The notes below the pieces were generated by a model that made no database searches, had not been told where the DNA came from, and saw only the letters and a list, made by a program, of their open reading frames with translations. From positions 124,001-188,000 of the forward strand of contig CAVNZM010000015.1 of NCBI GenBank assembly GCA_963693365.1: DNA of 64,000 nucleotides. The letters run 5' to 3'. The number at the start of each line of letters is the position of its first letter. The stretch's first letter is position 1. The DNA comes from Amoebidium appalachense (Eukaryota > Protista > Ichthyosporea). A program made the translations under genes and the position numbers. Below, in pieces: positions 1-29,543 of this stretch.

Positions 1-43
1 TATTTCATAGGGTCGTGTGGTTGCCACTGAGTGTTGAAATCTT

Positions 44-70
44 TGCCTCGAGTAAACAGCGTAAACCCCC
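44..70 (+). mobile_element. 27-bp truncated copy of family A short interspersed element (right end only), flanked by an 11-bp TSD
   Basis: TGCCTCGAGTAAACAGCGTAAACCCCC matches the right end of the copies ending at ~4510 and 42800. GTTGAAATCTT is duplicated at 33-43 and 71-81. Confidence 0.8.
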
Positions 71-535
71 GTTGAAATCTTGGTCTAGTTGGTTGCCGTC
101 GGTGTTGTTTCATGGGCCTAGTTGGATGAAAAATCGAAGCACGAGTTTTTAAACCGGCAAAGGAGGAGGAGGGATGTGGAGTATAGAGGGGCAAAAAATC
201 CAACACAACTCAGAGAGACCACAACAAATGTGCAGGCAGAACTTGAACAGACCACATCATCCAGGGGTTGGGGGGGGGGGGGGGGGGGAAGGGGGGAGGA
301 GGGGGGGGGGGGGGGGGGGGGCTCCTATTCCATTACTAAAGAGCGGACTTCAACTCTTAGACCTCTTGCACCTGATTCCCAACCCATTCTGTTCTGTAAA
401 CAGCAGTAGGCGAGTCCTGGAGGCTGGGTGGGTGGGTGGGTGGGTGGGTGTTAGGGGGAGGGAGGTGGGGACGGGGGGAGGGGGGCGGGGGGGGGGGGGG
501 AAGGAAGGTACTAAGGGGATGTGTTTTTTTTGCAG

Positions 536-2557
<2,022 letters not shown>

Positions 2558-2585
2558 GGGGGGTGGTGGTGGTGGTTTTGGGGGT

Positions 2586-2631
<46 letters not shown>

Positions 2632-2679
2632 ATTTGCCCTTTGGTATGCTTTGGTTGGCGGGGGGACAGGGGCATGCTA

Positions 2680-3187
2680 CCTCATGAGTCTTCAATGAAT
2701 TTTTTTTTCCCTTTTTTCCTTCCTTTTTTGAAATGTTATTATATTTACTACGCGCGTGCATAACCATGGGTGCTCTGTAACCAATCGGGATAATCAGTAG
2801 TGCAGGGTTTTTTAGTTCCACTTTCTGCTTTCTTGCCGTAATACTAGGAAAGTTTAAACTCGAGGGGGAGTTTGGCGCTGTCCCAACAGAGAAGATTTGG
2901 TGTAACGAGTCTGGGATTTCACAGAGAAAGGTTCGAGACCTATGCTCGGGAATGACAAGAGTAAGTAGCAAAAACATCTGCACCAAAGTTTCATATTTTC
3001 TTGCTGATTTGTGGTCGACAAACTAAACACCGCTTCACGTGTTTTGCAGTCTGTTTATCTATCATGTGATTTTCTGAATTTTCGTTGTGTATTTTTTGAA
3101 TACCTACATGTGCGCTGATATCAAGGGGGCTCCCCTCTTCATGTATATTCATGGATATGCTAGTGGTTGGTTTTGACACAAACGGGC
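2680..3187 (-). pseudogene. Possible exon pair or remnant resembling an AlkB-like 2OG-Fe(II) dioxygenase (3187-3108, 3022-~2680)
   Basis: Spliced reading SISMNIHEEGSPLDISAH|FVD...MFLLLTL...RTFLC...KVELKNPALLIIPIGYRAPMVMHAR follows the order of AlkB-fold strands. The HxD spacing is HxxD and the final RxSxTFR motif is not evident. Confidence 0.3.
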
Positions 3188-3268
3188 CTAGAGTGTTGAG
3201 CCAAATAAATGATTATTGCTACCTTACAAATTTCAAACACACAAAGTGACACTGTTGCACCGGACCAG

Positions 3269-3305
<37 letters not shown>

Positions 3306-3787
3306 TCCAGGTGCCTCCCAGCTGCAGGACATTACTATGTTACACTAAGTTAAAAGCATCCCACCCGCTGCGCAGGCAAAGTGTGTAATGTGATCGAGTC
3401 TTACGTCTACCATAATGAACTCAGTCTGCGATCCTGCTAGTAGAACCCCCCCCCCCCCCCCCCCCCCTGCCCCGATGGCCACGCCACCTCACCCCAGGCG
3501 CTGAAGTCCATCAGGCCCACACGACTTACTAGAGCTATAACTAGATATCACAGACCATACGGTATCGGACTGAAAAAGGGGAGGATAGATTCTATGGGGA
3601 TAGATGGGTCTACAGGCCACACAATAGGCTTCTGAGCGGGGGTCCTATCGGATCCTTAAATAGTTCCGAGAAATACTTATCAGAGTCTATGAGAGGGTCT
3701 CCAGTAGAATCACCAATAATACGAGCAGGGGGGCCAAATCGATTCATACTAGCAAGCCGGTGCAAACTTTCCTTTTGAGACAGGGGC

Positions 3788-3897
3788 TCACCTAGTCTAG
3801 CGGGAGTGGTGTTGGGTAACACCACTCCCGCTAGACAAGGTGATAACACCACTCCCGCTAGACTAGGTGATAACACCACTCCCGCTAGACTAGGTGA
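3788..3897. repeat. One inverted plus three tandem copies of a 26-27-bp unit (AACACCACTCCCGCTAGACTAGGTGA)
   Basis: 3788-3813 is the reverse complement of the units at 3818-3843 (1 mismatch), 3845-3870 and 3872-3897. The spacer at the inversion centre is 4 nt. Confidence 0.9.
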
Positions 3898-4199
3898 TCA
3901 CTTACCACGCTTTTACTGCACACGTGCTATACAGTGGAGATCTAATAAGTATAAGGTGGCATCGTTTGCATGCCCAAATAACACACACACACGCCAGTTT
4001 AAACGGTCATGTATCGCCAAATGTAGTTTAATAGAACACATAATACCGCAACACACACACGACACATTCACAACAGACACCCAGAAAGATAGCCTACCTG
4101 AAAATTACAACATCCTTGATTTTACACTAAACACACGTAACTATGACCTGTCTATTAGATGTATTGATTGGCTTGAGAAACACATCATTACAAAATTCT

Positions 4200-4261
<62 letters not shown>

Positions 4262-4291
4262 AGCTGATACCGAGTGTCCCAGGGGAGCCCG

Positions 4292-4510
4292 AAAAAAAAG
4301 AAAAAAAAGAAGAAAAAAAACGGGGAACCCAACTAATTGATTTTCTCAGTCTTTATGGTGCCTCGTAGAGAAAGTAAACCCTGATATGTAATCATCACCC
4401 GACATTTATGTACTTGATCATGACATACCGCTGAGGGGATACTCGGAGCAAAACCCCCCCCATACCTGAGACTGGTCTCTCTTTGCCTCGAGTGAACAGC
4501 GTAAACCCCC
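4292..4510 (+). mobile_element. Family A short interspersed element (~220 bp; left A-rich tract, right end GTAAACCCCC)
   Basis: Aligns end to end with 42568-42800, with scattered substitutions and small indels. Only a partial flank duplication is present (CCCAGG at 4278-4283 and 4509-4514). Confidence 0.8.
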
Positions 4511-5717
4511 CAGGCCCCTCCAGTTAAAAATTGCTCAATTCCCATATAATCTGCAAACATGTCACAACAGTGCGTGCACGCACACACCGTGGGGTAACAT
4601 AACCGCAATGTGTACACGTACACACACCACACACACATGGACACACGCACACACACGAACATTGCGCGCGCACAGTCACACACACACACGCACTCTCACA
4701 CACACGCACACACACGCTAAGTTATGCGCGCACACACACACACAGTCTCATGTGCACACACCGTGTCACAGTCACTATGCCTTAGGGTTAGGCACACACA
4801 CAACGCACGATCCCCAGAGAGGCTACACACGCATGTATGTGCACACAAAATGCGGTCTCCCCCGGCGCTTTTTTGGGGGGGGGGGGAGGGGGGGGGGGGA
4901 TGTCTTGTTTTTACGGTAATCATTTCACATCCCGGCACATGTAAGTCCAATTTCTAATCGGAAAGTGATGGTTGGATAAATTTGCATCATAGAAAGTGAT
5001 CAAAAGGCTCACGTGGGTACGATACGCTTGAGGATAAAAAGCAACCTGATGCAATAAACCTCTTGGTCATTATTCATAATATCTTCAAGAGATTTTATTA
5101 TGCCATGGAACAATGAAGTAATGCATACTTACAACTATTAGTCTTGATCAAGTTGCTGAAAAAATGCTGAAGCTTCAAGTGATCAGGATTCAACTTCATT
5201 CAAGCACCATCTGATTGGGTAATAATGCATCATGCTCGGGGATTGAAATTGTGAGCTTCTAAGCCGGTACCCTGAACAGTACGTGCACACTGGATTCCCC
5301 TACTTCAATGTATGTACGTAAGAGGGGAGAAAAAAAGGCCCATGCTTATTAATTTTCACATTTGAAGGGATTAATCATTTTTGTTTGGATATATTGTTTA
5401 AAAAAACAAAGCTCTTGGTCCCAATGGTGCATTTGTAATATTTACATGTCGAACGGGAGAAATCATACTTTCCAACCCTGTATTTCAAATCAAACCCTGT
5501 AGCCTAGTCCACGTCGGACTGAGACCGTGGGACGGCATAAAGAGGGACGAAGTGAAGCCATTGCCTGCATATAGGAAATACACAAATCCCTTATTTTTTA
5601 TTTTTTTTGGTGTGTGCGTGTGTGTGTGTGTGACATGTCATAAAAATTCCTGTGTAGGTTAGCTCAAATTGCAACTGCATTACTCTGATCATTTGTTCCT
5701 TGTGAATCCTTGGCATC

Positions 5718-6872
5718 ATGGTACCCGACCTTTCTGATCAGCAAGGGCAGGAGACGAATCCTAGCGGACCCACCCTACTATGTACACACACATTACCACC
5801 ACCATCAGATAGTCCATCCCAAGAAATACAAGCAAACCAGGAAAATGCGTTAAGCCCTCCTTCCATCACAAGAGAATACGTCAAATCTTTGGTAGCCGGA
5901 ACCCCCATGGAGGAGGGCAGGGTGGAGGCTTTGGTTATAGAATGGGAGAATAGGATAGCCAAGTTGGGATACACACCACAGAGAGAGGCAGAACTGGCGG
6001 CGAGGGAGAAGGAGATTTCTCGGCGAGAGGAGGAATTGAGGGTGAGGGAGGATAGTTTACGCAAAAACCTCGATGCTATGGATTTGGCACAAGTGAATGA
6101 GCGATTAATAGGTAGAGGCATACTCAGTCAACCGCACGACGTCGAAATGTGGGAGGGACACATCTACGTCACAGACACAAGCAACAAGCGCATCTGCATA
6201 TTTGCCTTAGATGGTAAACACGTGGACACCATCAATCTCTCTCTCCCGGCCACGGCATCACCCCGCTGCCTCGCCATCCACACCGACGGCACGATCTATG
6301 TCACGTGTTTTGACCATTACGTGCGCGCCATTTCCAGAAACGGAAAGATTCTAAAACAGTTTGGTGGGAGAGGAACAGGGGCAACACAGTTCAACCAACC
6401 ACGCGGTATTGTGTGCATGAGTGAGGACCGCCTTCTCATCGCAGATCAAAACAACCATCGTGTTTGCATCTATCAGCGAAATGGAACATTTGTCAGCAGC
6501 CACACCATAGGCACACGTAGTCAACCGTACGGTGTAGCAGTTACAAATGGTGGAAACATGTTGGTTTCGCTGGTGGGGGAGGATAGAGTGGTTGAGTTGG
6601 ATACTAGCGGGAAGGTTGTGAGGTCATTAGGAACAGGGATGGGTGGTGGGTACATGGAGATGAGAGAGCCGAGGGGCATCTGTGTTGATGGGAGGGGGAA
6701 TGTGTATATTGCGGACCACACCAACCATAGAGTAGTGGTGTATGGGTGGGAGGGGCTGTTTCTAGGGGTGTGTGGCATGGGGTTGCTGCAGGCACCTAGT
6801 GCTGTGGTTAGGCATCAGTCTGGTGCACTGTTTGTGTGCGACCACCACCAAGGCGCTGTGTGTGTGCTGTGA
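5718..6872 (+). CDS. Intronless 384-aa protein: low-complexity N-terminus, short coiled coil, NHL-repeat six-bladed beta-propeller
   Basis: Uninterrupted ATG-TGA ORF. Repeated NHL blades, e.g. FNQPRGIVCMSEDRLLIADQNNHRVCIY, MREPRGICVDGRGNVYIADHTNHRVVVY and LSQPHDVEMWEGHIYVTDTSNKRICIF. E/R-rich helix REAELAAREKEISRREEELRVRE. Confidence 0.93.
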   Translation: MVPDLSDQQGQETNPSGPTLLCTHTLPPPSDSPSQEIQANQENALSPPSITREYVKSLVAGTPMEEGRVEALVIEWENRIAKLGYTPQREAELAAREKEISRREEELRVREDSLRKNLDAMDLAQVNERLIGRGILSQPHDVEMWEGHIYVTDTSNKRICIFALDGKHVDTINLSLPATASPRCLAIHTDGTIYVTCFDHYVRAISRNGKILKQFGGRGTGATQFNQPRGIVCMSEDRLLIADQNNHRVCIYQRNGTFVSSHTIGTRSQPYGVAVTNGGNMLVSLVGEDRVVELDTSGKVVRSLGTGMGGGYMEMREPRGICVDGRGNVYIADHTNHRVVVYGWEGLFLGVCGMGLLQAPSAVVRHQSGALFVCDHHQGAVCVL

Positions 6873-7280
6873 GATACACTGCAGTGTTGTGCCAGATTTA
6901 CCTATTTAGGTTTTTACAAAAAATATTCAGTGTTGATGTAAATTCAGTAATTGCCAGGAATGATTCATGAAGGTATGTAACAGTTACTGTTACAGCCAGC
7001 TGAGGGTATTAGAGTATCATCAAAGTGTGTGTGATACCACGCCCAAGTTTAATTTTGGAATACTGTGTGGCAAAGTCGTAATAAGTTATTTATGAGGCCT
7101 ATCTCACAGGCATTCATAAATCACGTGCAGTCTGGGAAATACACGAACTGTCTTGTCCTTTGCGCTGGCATAAGAAATACAGTGCTCTCATCTGTGCAGT
7201 CAGGGTCGGAATCAGCGTGCGTCTACTTGAGTTAACAGGCGGAACAGGCATGTTTCCGGCATAGAATGTAGCGGGGGGGT

Positions 7281-7313
<33 letters not shown>

Positions 7314-8138
7314 GGGGGGGGGGGGGGGATGAAGATGGGGGGGGAGGGAGGGGGGGGAGGGGAGGGGGGGGGGAGGAGGGGGGAGGGAGGGAACCGGAAG
7401 GCAGGAGTCGAGGGGAAGGGGACAAGAAGGGGAAAGAGGAAAGGGGGGAGGGGGTGGGAGGGGATTGGGGGCGAGGGGGGGGGGAGGTTGGGGGCGAAGG
7501 GGGGAGGGGGGGGGGGGCAAGGACTCGGTTGGTGAGCGGGGGTTAAAGCTAGAAAAGACGGGGGGGGGAGGGGGGGGGGGGGGGGGGGGGGGGTAGGGCT
7601 ACTCATGTGCATCCTTTGACTCTGAAGTGATTCTCTGTTGGACGATGCACATGAATTATCAGGTTCAAGTTCCAAGTCGCAATTCCAATTCTATTCTTTG
7701 AAATTGACTTTATGGATAAACAAACAGTGAAAATGTGAGATATCACGGATATCTCTCGGGTAGAATAGAAGACAAGGATTCAGTGAGGCATAGGTTCATC
7801 CGGGTCTGCATCAGAAAAGAATATATTTTATTAGACATGCGTGTAGAAGAAATCATAAGATAGAAGGTACCGGGCCATCATATGTATACAACAAAAAATT
7901 CTGTGCAGCAAATTACATGAATAAACTACATACATACATCATGCCCAGTAAAACTTTACTTCATATATCCCTTCTAAATATCATACAGTCTCTGGTGCAG
8001 CCACCAATTGTAAAACCTCTAAGAGTTCTATTTTTTTATCCCTCAGCACCGGCACCACACTGTACACAAGTAAGCCATTAGATTTGATGTTGTCATTCTG
8101 CCTAGGGATGGTAAAGGCAGAGCCAGGCGAAACATGTA

Positions 8139-8251
8139 GCCTCTAAAATCGAATCTGGATGGGAGAGAAGAAACAACAACAACAACAACAACAACAACAA
8201 AAAAAAAAAAAAAAAAAAAGCCTCTAAAATCGACTCTGGATGGGAGGGAAG
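8139..8251. repeat. 32-bp direct repeat (2 mismatches) enclosing an (AAC)n/poly-A tract
   Basis: GCCTCTAAAATCGA(A/C)TCTGGATGGGAG(A/G)GAAG at 8139-8170 and 8220-8251. Confidence 0.8.
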
Positions 8252-9072
8252 CAAAAAAGAAAAGAAAAGAAAAAAGAAAACCAAACCAAACAAACACGGG
8301 AATTTAAATGCGACAGCAACCTATGTACAAGTGTTCCGTTGCCTAAACATCTGTCGCGCATCCCCCCCCCCCCCCCCCCCCCTCCTCCCCCTCTCCCCCG
8401 CTCCCTCCCATATGGGGCTGGGCGTTAGGCATATTTCAATCATCTTCCCCCCTCCCCCCCCTCCCGCCCCCCCCCTCCCCTCCTTGCATGCAAGCCCCCG
8501 CCCATCTGTTTCTTTCGTTCACATTCATTACCCTTCACCACGCCCTTGCCTGTATACCTTTTGTAACACAAAGGTGTCGTCTCCCCGCATGACCCCCTCC
8601 CCCCCCTCCCCCCCCCCCCACACACACACACACCAACCCACCCTTTTGCGCCTCTCCTTTACCCCCCACCTTCCCCCTTCCCCCCCCCCCCCCCCCTTGC
8701 CCTCCCCCCCTCCCCCCCCCCCCCTCCCCCCGCGCCCTTCCCATGCCCACCCACCCACCCACCCACCCACCCACCCACCCTTTGCCTCCCCCGCCCCCCT
8801 CCCCCCCCCGTGAAGGAGAGACCGAACAACGGTTCCCCCCCATTCATCCTCAGGATAACTAAAAATGAATAGAATTTCAGCAAGAAAGGGGGAAAAGAGA
8901 AAAAAGAAGCACGGAAAAAAGGAAAAAGTTCAAGACATTTTCATTTAAACACCCCACATTCTACCCATAACATCCTCCCAGCGTCTTCGTTTCAATTGGA
9001 TCCTCGATCCCCGCCACATATCCTCCCATAATTTTTTTTGACCCCAACTTCTTTCTGCACCCCCACGCCAAC

Positions 9073-25003
<15,931 letters not shown>

Positions 25004-25594
25004 TTTCACGATTGGGCCTCCAAGATCAGGTGGTTGGCCCGCGGCTTGGGAACGAAAGGGAAACAAAGTGATGAATAGCTATAAAAAAAGGTTCGGTGAT
25101 GTCCGTTGGAGAATGTGAGTGACTCCGAAACTTTGTGTAACCCTGCAAACGGCGTCCACTTGTGATGTTATTTTGTGATGATTACTGATTCCGAATCTTG
25201 ATTTGGTGATGTTGAAGAGAAGAAATAACGGAAGTGGGGGCAGACTGTTGTGTTGCGAAGAAAAGAACAAACATGAACGTGCATTCTGCCAAATCACACC
25301 TTTTCCACTTGACACTCACTGTTCCACGGGCCCATCTAGCAAATCTAGCAGATCTCTCCACGTGAGTTCTAAGTCAATTAATACCACAGCCCTAGCGTTT
25401 GAAACTAATTCCGTTAAACCGGATGCATGAGGTGACTGTGTGTACGTACAGCAGGCGTGGCCAACACACCTTTCCAACACACGTTCTCCTACACATACGT
25501 TTAAAGGAGAAAATCTTTTAGTCAGTGACAATTGAGCTGTGACAACGTAAACAAAAACGAGTCTAGCGGGACTCGGGAAGGTTGCCCGACGGTG

Positions 25595-25604
25595 GTCACG
25601 TGAC
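25595..25604. promoter_or_regulatory. Palindromic E-box GTCACGTGAC, candidate promoter element upstream of the GTPase gene
   Basis: Perfect 10-bp palindrome in repeat-free, CpG-containing DNA upstream of the first minus-strand exons. Confidence 0.35.
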
Positions 25605-26665
25605 TTAATGAGCCACGGCCCGCTACACCCTGCAGCGTCTCAGAATTATATTTTTAGGTTTCTATCTTTATCAACATCTTACATTTTCGGTAGCGTCACT
25701 ACTTTTGTCATTGTCATGTCGAAAAATTGGCCCAGGCACTGGGGGCCTCTCTTTCTGTCTTTTTTTCCTCTCTCCCTTTTTTTTTTTTTAGGACAAATTG
25801 GTGCAACAACGGCTACATGCACACCAGTACACTCACAAAAGTGGACGAAGTACATCATGGGTGGATAGCCCCCCCCCCCCCCCCCAACAAACACACCCGG
25901 GGCCCTCTTCCCCACCCGGTATATGTAAGGGACAGGGGGGAGTGGTGGTGGTGGTGGGTTGGTGGGTGGTGGTGGTGGTGGTGGTGGGTGGGGGGGGGGA
26001 GAGGGGGGGGGGGGGAGGGAGAGAGGGAGAGAGATAGAGCAAGACGTGTGCAACGAGCCCTTCCCGGCCTCCCCCCTCCCCCCCCCCCCCTCTCTCCCTC
26101 CTTCCCTTCCTTTTTTCTCCGGTGAGGGAAGGGGAAGTGGTATGAGGGTAACTCAGTGTACAACGAGCCCCCCCCCCCCCCCCCCCCCCCCCCCCCGCCC
26201 TCTCCTCCCTCGCCCCCTTCCCCCTCCCCGGCCAGCCAACCAAGGAGTTTTGATGGCATTCGTGTTTGTACCCAGTGGCCCACAAAACTTGAGCGTAACA
26301 CTCCACTGCTCTGTTTATTTATTTCATTTCTCGGATCATCATCAACACAAGCATCATTACTCTATCATCATTTAACTGCCTTGGCTCGCAAAGCATTCTT
26401 GGCTCTCCGAGCTTCTACTCTCCCGAATCCGAATACATGAGGAGCGACCTACAAACCACAACTGACATATTACATCGACTGATCAGACATTAAGCAACGG
26501 CATTCACTATATGGTATTAAACCCCAATTAAGAAAAAAAACATGAATATGTACCCGTATTATCATTAATAAGAGGGTTTGGCCGCTAACTTCAGTTTTCG
26601 ATAACGAGCAAGTGGGGTGGGGTGGGGGGGTAGGGGGTGGGGGGTGGGGTGGTGTGTGTGTGTGC

Positions 26666-26710
<45 letters not shown>

Positions 26711-26981
26711 GGGGGGTGGGGGGTGGGGTGGTGTGTGTGTGTCGAGGGGGGGGGGGGGGGGGGAGTAAACATTTCAATTTTGCCCTAACCCTTCTTCAAT
26801 TTAGCTATGAACTCGAGAACACTCACATAGCACGCATTATCGACTTATGGCTCAACCAAGGAATACCTACTTTAGCAAACCATTAAAAAAAAAAAAAAAA
26901 ACGGACAGATGAAGGATTGAATGACAAAGTCACAAGATCAATCCCAATCTACGCCATCTCTCACCCACCCTCACCCCCTCT

Positions 26982-27711
26982 CTACCGCTTCCCGTCAGAA
27001 ACCATTCCATAGGCAGGCGGTGCATACGCAGGGGGGGCGCTAGGCTGCCCATTTCCATAAAAGGCACCTGCCATTTTTGGGTCATACCCATAATTGGCAG
27101 GTGCGGGTGGCGCCGAAGGTGCAGTTTCCCCAAAATCCACCAGTGGGGCGGTGGGGGGGCACGGGGCAAGATCTAGAAGCTGCCAGCGGTGTGCCTGCAG
27201 CTGATTGGCCCGAGCCTCATACCTTCTGGTGGCTTCCGTGGCCTGTGATTGGGCCACGGCCAGCTCCCCGTCCAGCCAGGCACTGGCAGCCACAAGGTGT
27301 GTGTACGTGCGCTCAATGCGCAGCACACTGTCTGACACCTGTGTGTGTGGGGGGGGGAGGGGGAGAGGATGGGGAGGGGGGAGGGGGGAGAATGGGGGAG
27401 GGGCGGGGGAGAAGAGGGGAGGGGGAGGGGGTGGGGGGAGGGGGAGAAGGGGGGAGGGGGGGGGGGGGAGAGGTTGTATTGGTGTGTATGTGTGTGTGTG
27501 TATGTCTGTGTGTGTGTGTCTGTGTGTGTGTGTGTCTGTGTGTCTGTGTGTGTGTTTGCGTGTCGCTGTTCGTGGGGAGGGAGGGGTGGGGGAAGAGTGG
27601 TTAGAAACCGGTTCTTCTTCTTTATTTATGCGATGTGGGTGGTGGTGGTGGTTTGTGCGTGTGTGAGGGAGAGAGGGTGGCCGGACCAGGTTCTACATAG
27701 CTCACATTTGT

Positions 27712-27742
<31 letters not shown>

Positions 27743-28016
27743 AGGGGGGAGGGAAATAACCCTCGGCCAAGGTAGTAGGAGGGGCAAAGGGGAGACATGG
27801 GATTGGTGTGTGTGGGTCACAGGGGGTAGGGGGGAGACACCGAGAGAGGGGGGGAGGGGGGGGGAAGGGGGAGAAGGAGGTTTGTAGCAGCATGCTTGTG
27901 TTTCTGCACGTAGGAGCAACACTGTTACAAGCAAGTGCCCATGTATTGTTTCCCAAGCAGTGTGTATGCATACAAACCCCAGAAAGAGAGGGGGGAGGGG
28001 GGGGGAGTGCGTGTGT

Positions 28017-28050
<34 letters not shown>

Positions 28051-29063
28051 CTGTGTGCGTTGAGTGGGGATTTTTTTTTTTTTTTTTCTTTGGGGGGGGG
28101 GGGGGGGGGGGGGAGTTACCTGTCTGCGCATGATCATGTCGGTCATGATGTTCTCGAACATCATGTTGAGGAAGGGGTCCATTGTCTTCACCAGGTGGGG
28201 GTCTATTGGCACAATTTCGGGCACATACTTCTTTGCCGCCACTATCTCATCTGCCGCCCGGTGAAGATCCATCACCGACTGTCTCAGTCTCTGATTGCGC
28301 TCCATGTCGTACATCATCTCAAACATGCCCCCCCTGCCCCCGTCGAACACGTCCATCATCATGTCCGTACCGAGCATCTGTCTCACCTGCGACAGCTCAA
28401 CGAGCGAGCACCTGCACAATTCCAACCCCTGGTTAAAGTGCTTCCGTGCGTGCTCGTACTTGTTTGCGCGTGCCTGGGAAACCTCCATCTCAGGGCGCAA
28501 CATTGCAACTTCGCTCTGCAGTTGTCTCTCGCGCACATCCCCCGCCCCGCTCGGCCCGTCAAAAACACTTGCCACCAACCCATCCCTTGCTCTTTTCAAC
28601 TGTGCAAGACGTTCTTCATCGGCTGCCACACGTGCAAGCGTCTGGTTGACAGTATCCAACTGACCCTGATGCACCATGGTCATCTCTTGTTTGGCACCCA
28701 AATCACCCCGCGCGTTGCTCAGTTTCTCCTGCTCGTGTGCGATTTTCTCGTTCAGATGGCCCGTCATCTTGTGAAAGAAGTGTGTGGCTGTTTTGTGCTG
28801 CATGTCGTGCAGTCTATGTTCCTCCTTTGTTGCCGTCTTTTGGAGCTTTGCCGTTTCCTTGCGGATGTTATGGAGGGTGGCTTCCAGCTGAGCCTTCTTG
28901 GCTTCTTCGCTTGCACGCACAGCAGGAAGGTTGAGACGTTCAAGGTCCTGCAATGGTTGGGAGGTTGGCTAAGTTTCATGCTGGGAGATTGAACAGGCAA
29001 GGGCAAAACCCAAGGAGAGGAACTAAAGGTAAGGAGAGGAACTAACGGAGGTGTGTGTGTGTT

Positions 29064-29144
<81 letters not shown>

Positions 29145-29161
29145 GCGTGTGCGGTAGGAAA

Positions 29162-29193
<32 letters not shown>

Positions 29194-29543
29194 GGGGAGG
29201 ACTAAAAACTGAGCAAATTGGGGTGGTGGAAAAAGATAAAGTTGGTGCCGGAAAGATACTGTTGGGCCATGCAATGGTGAGCAAACAGGAGGAACACTTT
29301 CGGGGTGACTGTGGGCGCGGTAGGAAATGTGGGTTTTCGCATGGTGATGGTGGCAGTGTCAGTGGCGGGGTTGGAGGCAGGTGAGGTGAGAGAGAAAGTC
29401 TGTGAAGGCAGAGAATCACGTGAACTGCTGTAAAAAATACATGTTCAATGCCAAACATGTCAACGGGGAAGTTGCAGGCACACCTTAATCTGGTCGCGAA
29501 GCTGCAACCACTGAAGCGTGTCCTGCGGCTGGATGGCGGCCAT
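26982..29543 (-). CDS. 414-aa uncharacterised coiled-coil protein with proline-rich tail (exons 29543-29484, 28947-28120, 27338-26982)
   Basis: CCACCATGG start context and two phase-0 GT-AG introns give an open frame MAAIQPQDTLQWLQLRDQIK|DLERLNLP...MIMRRQ|VSDSV...DGKR*. Long heptad-rich helices; the tail has PTAP, PSAP x2 and PPAY x2. Confidence 0.88.

Noticed and set aside
2925-2945. GGTTCGAGACC B-box or tRNA T-arm
   Set aside because: No cloverleaf or A-box could be built around it.
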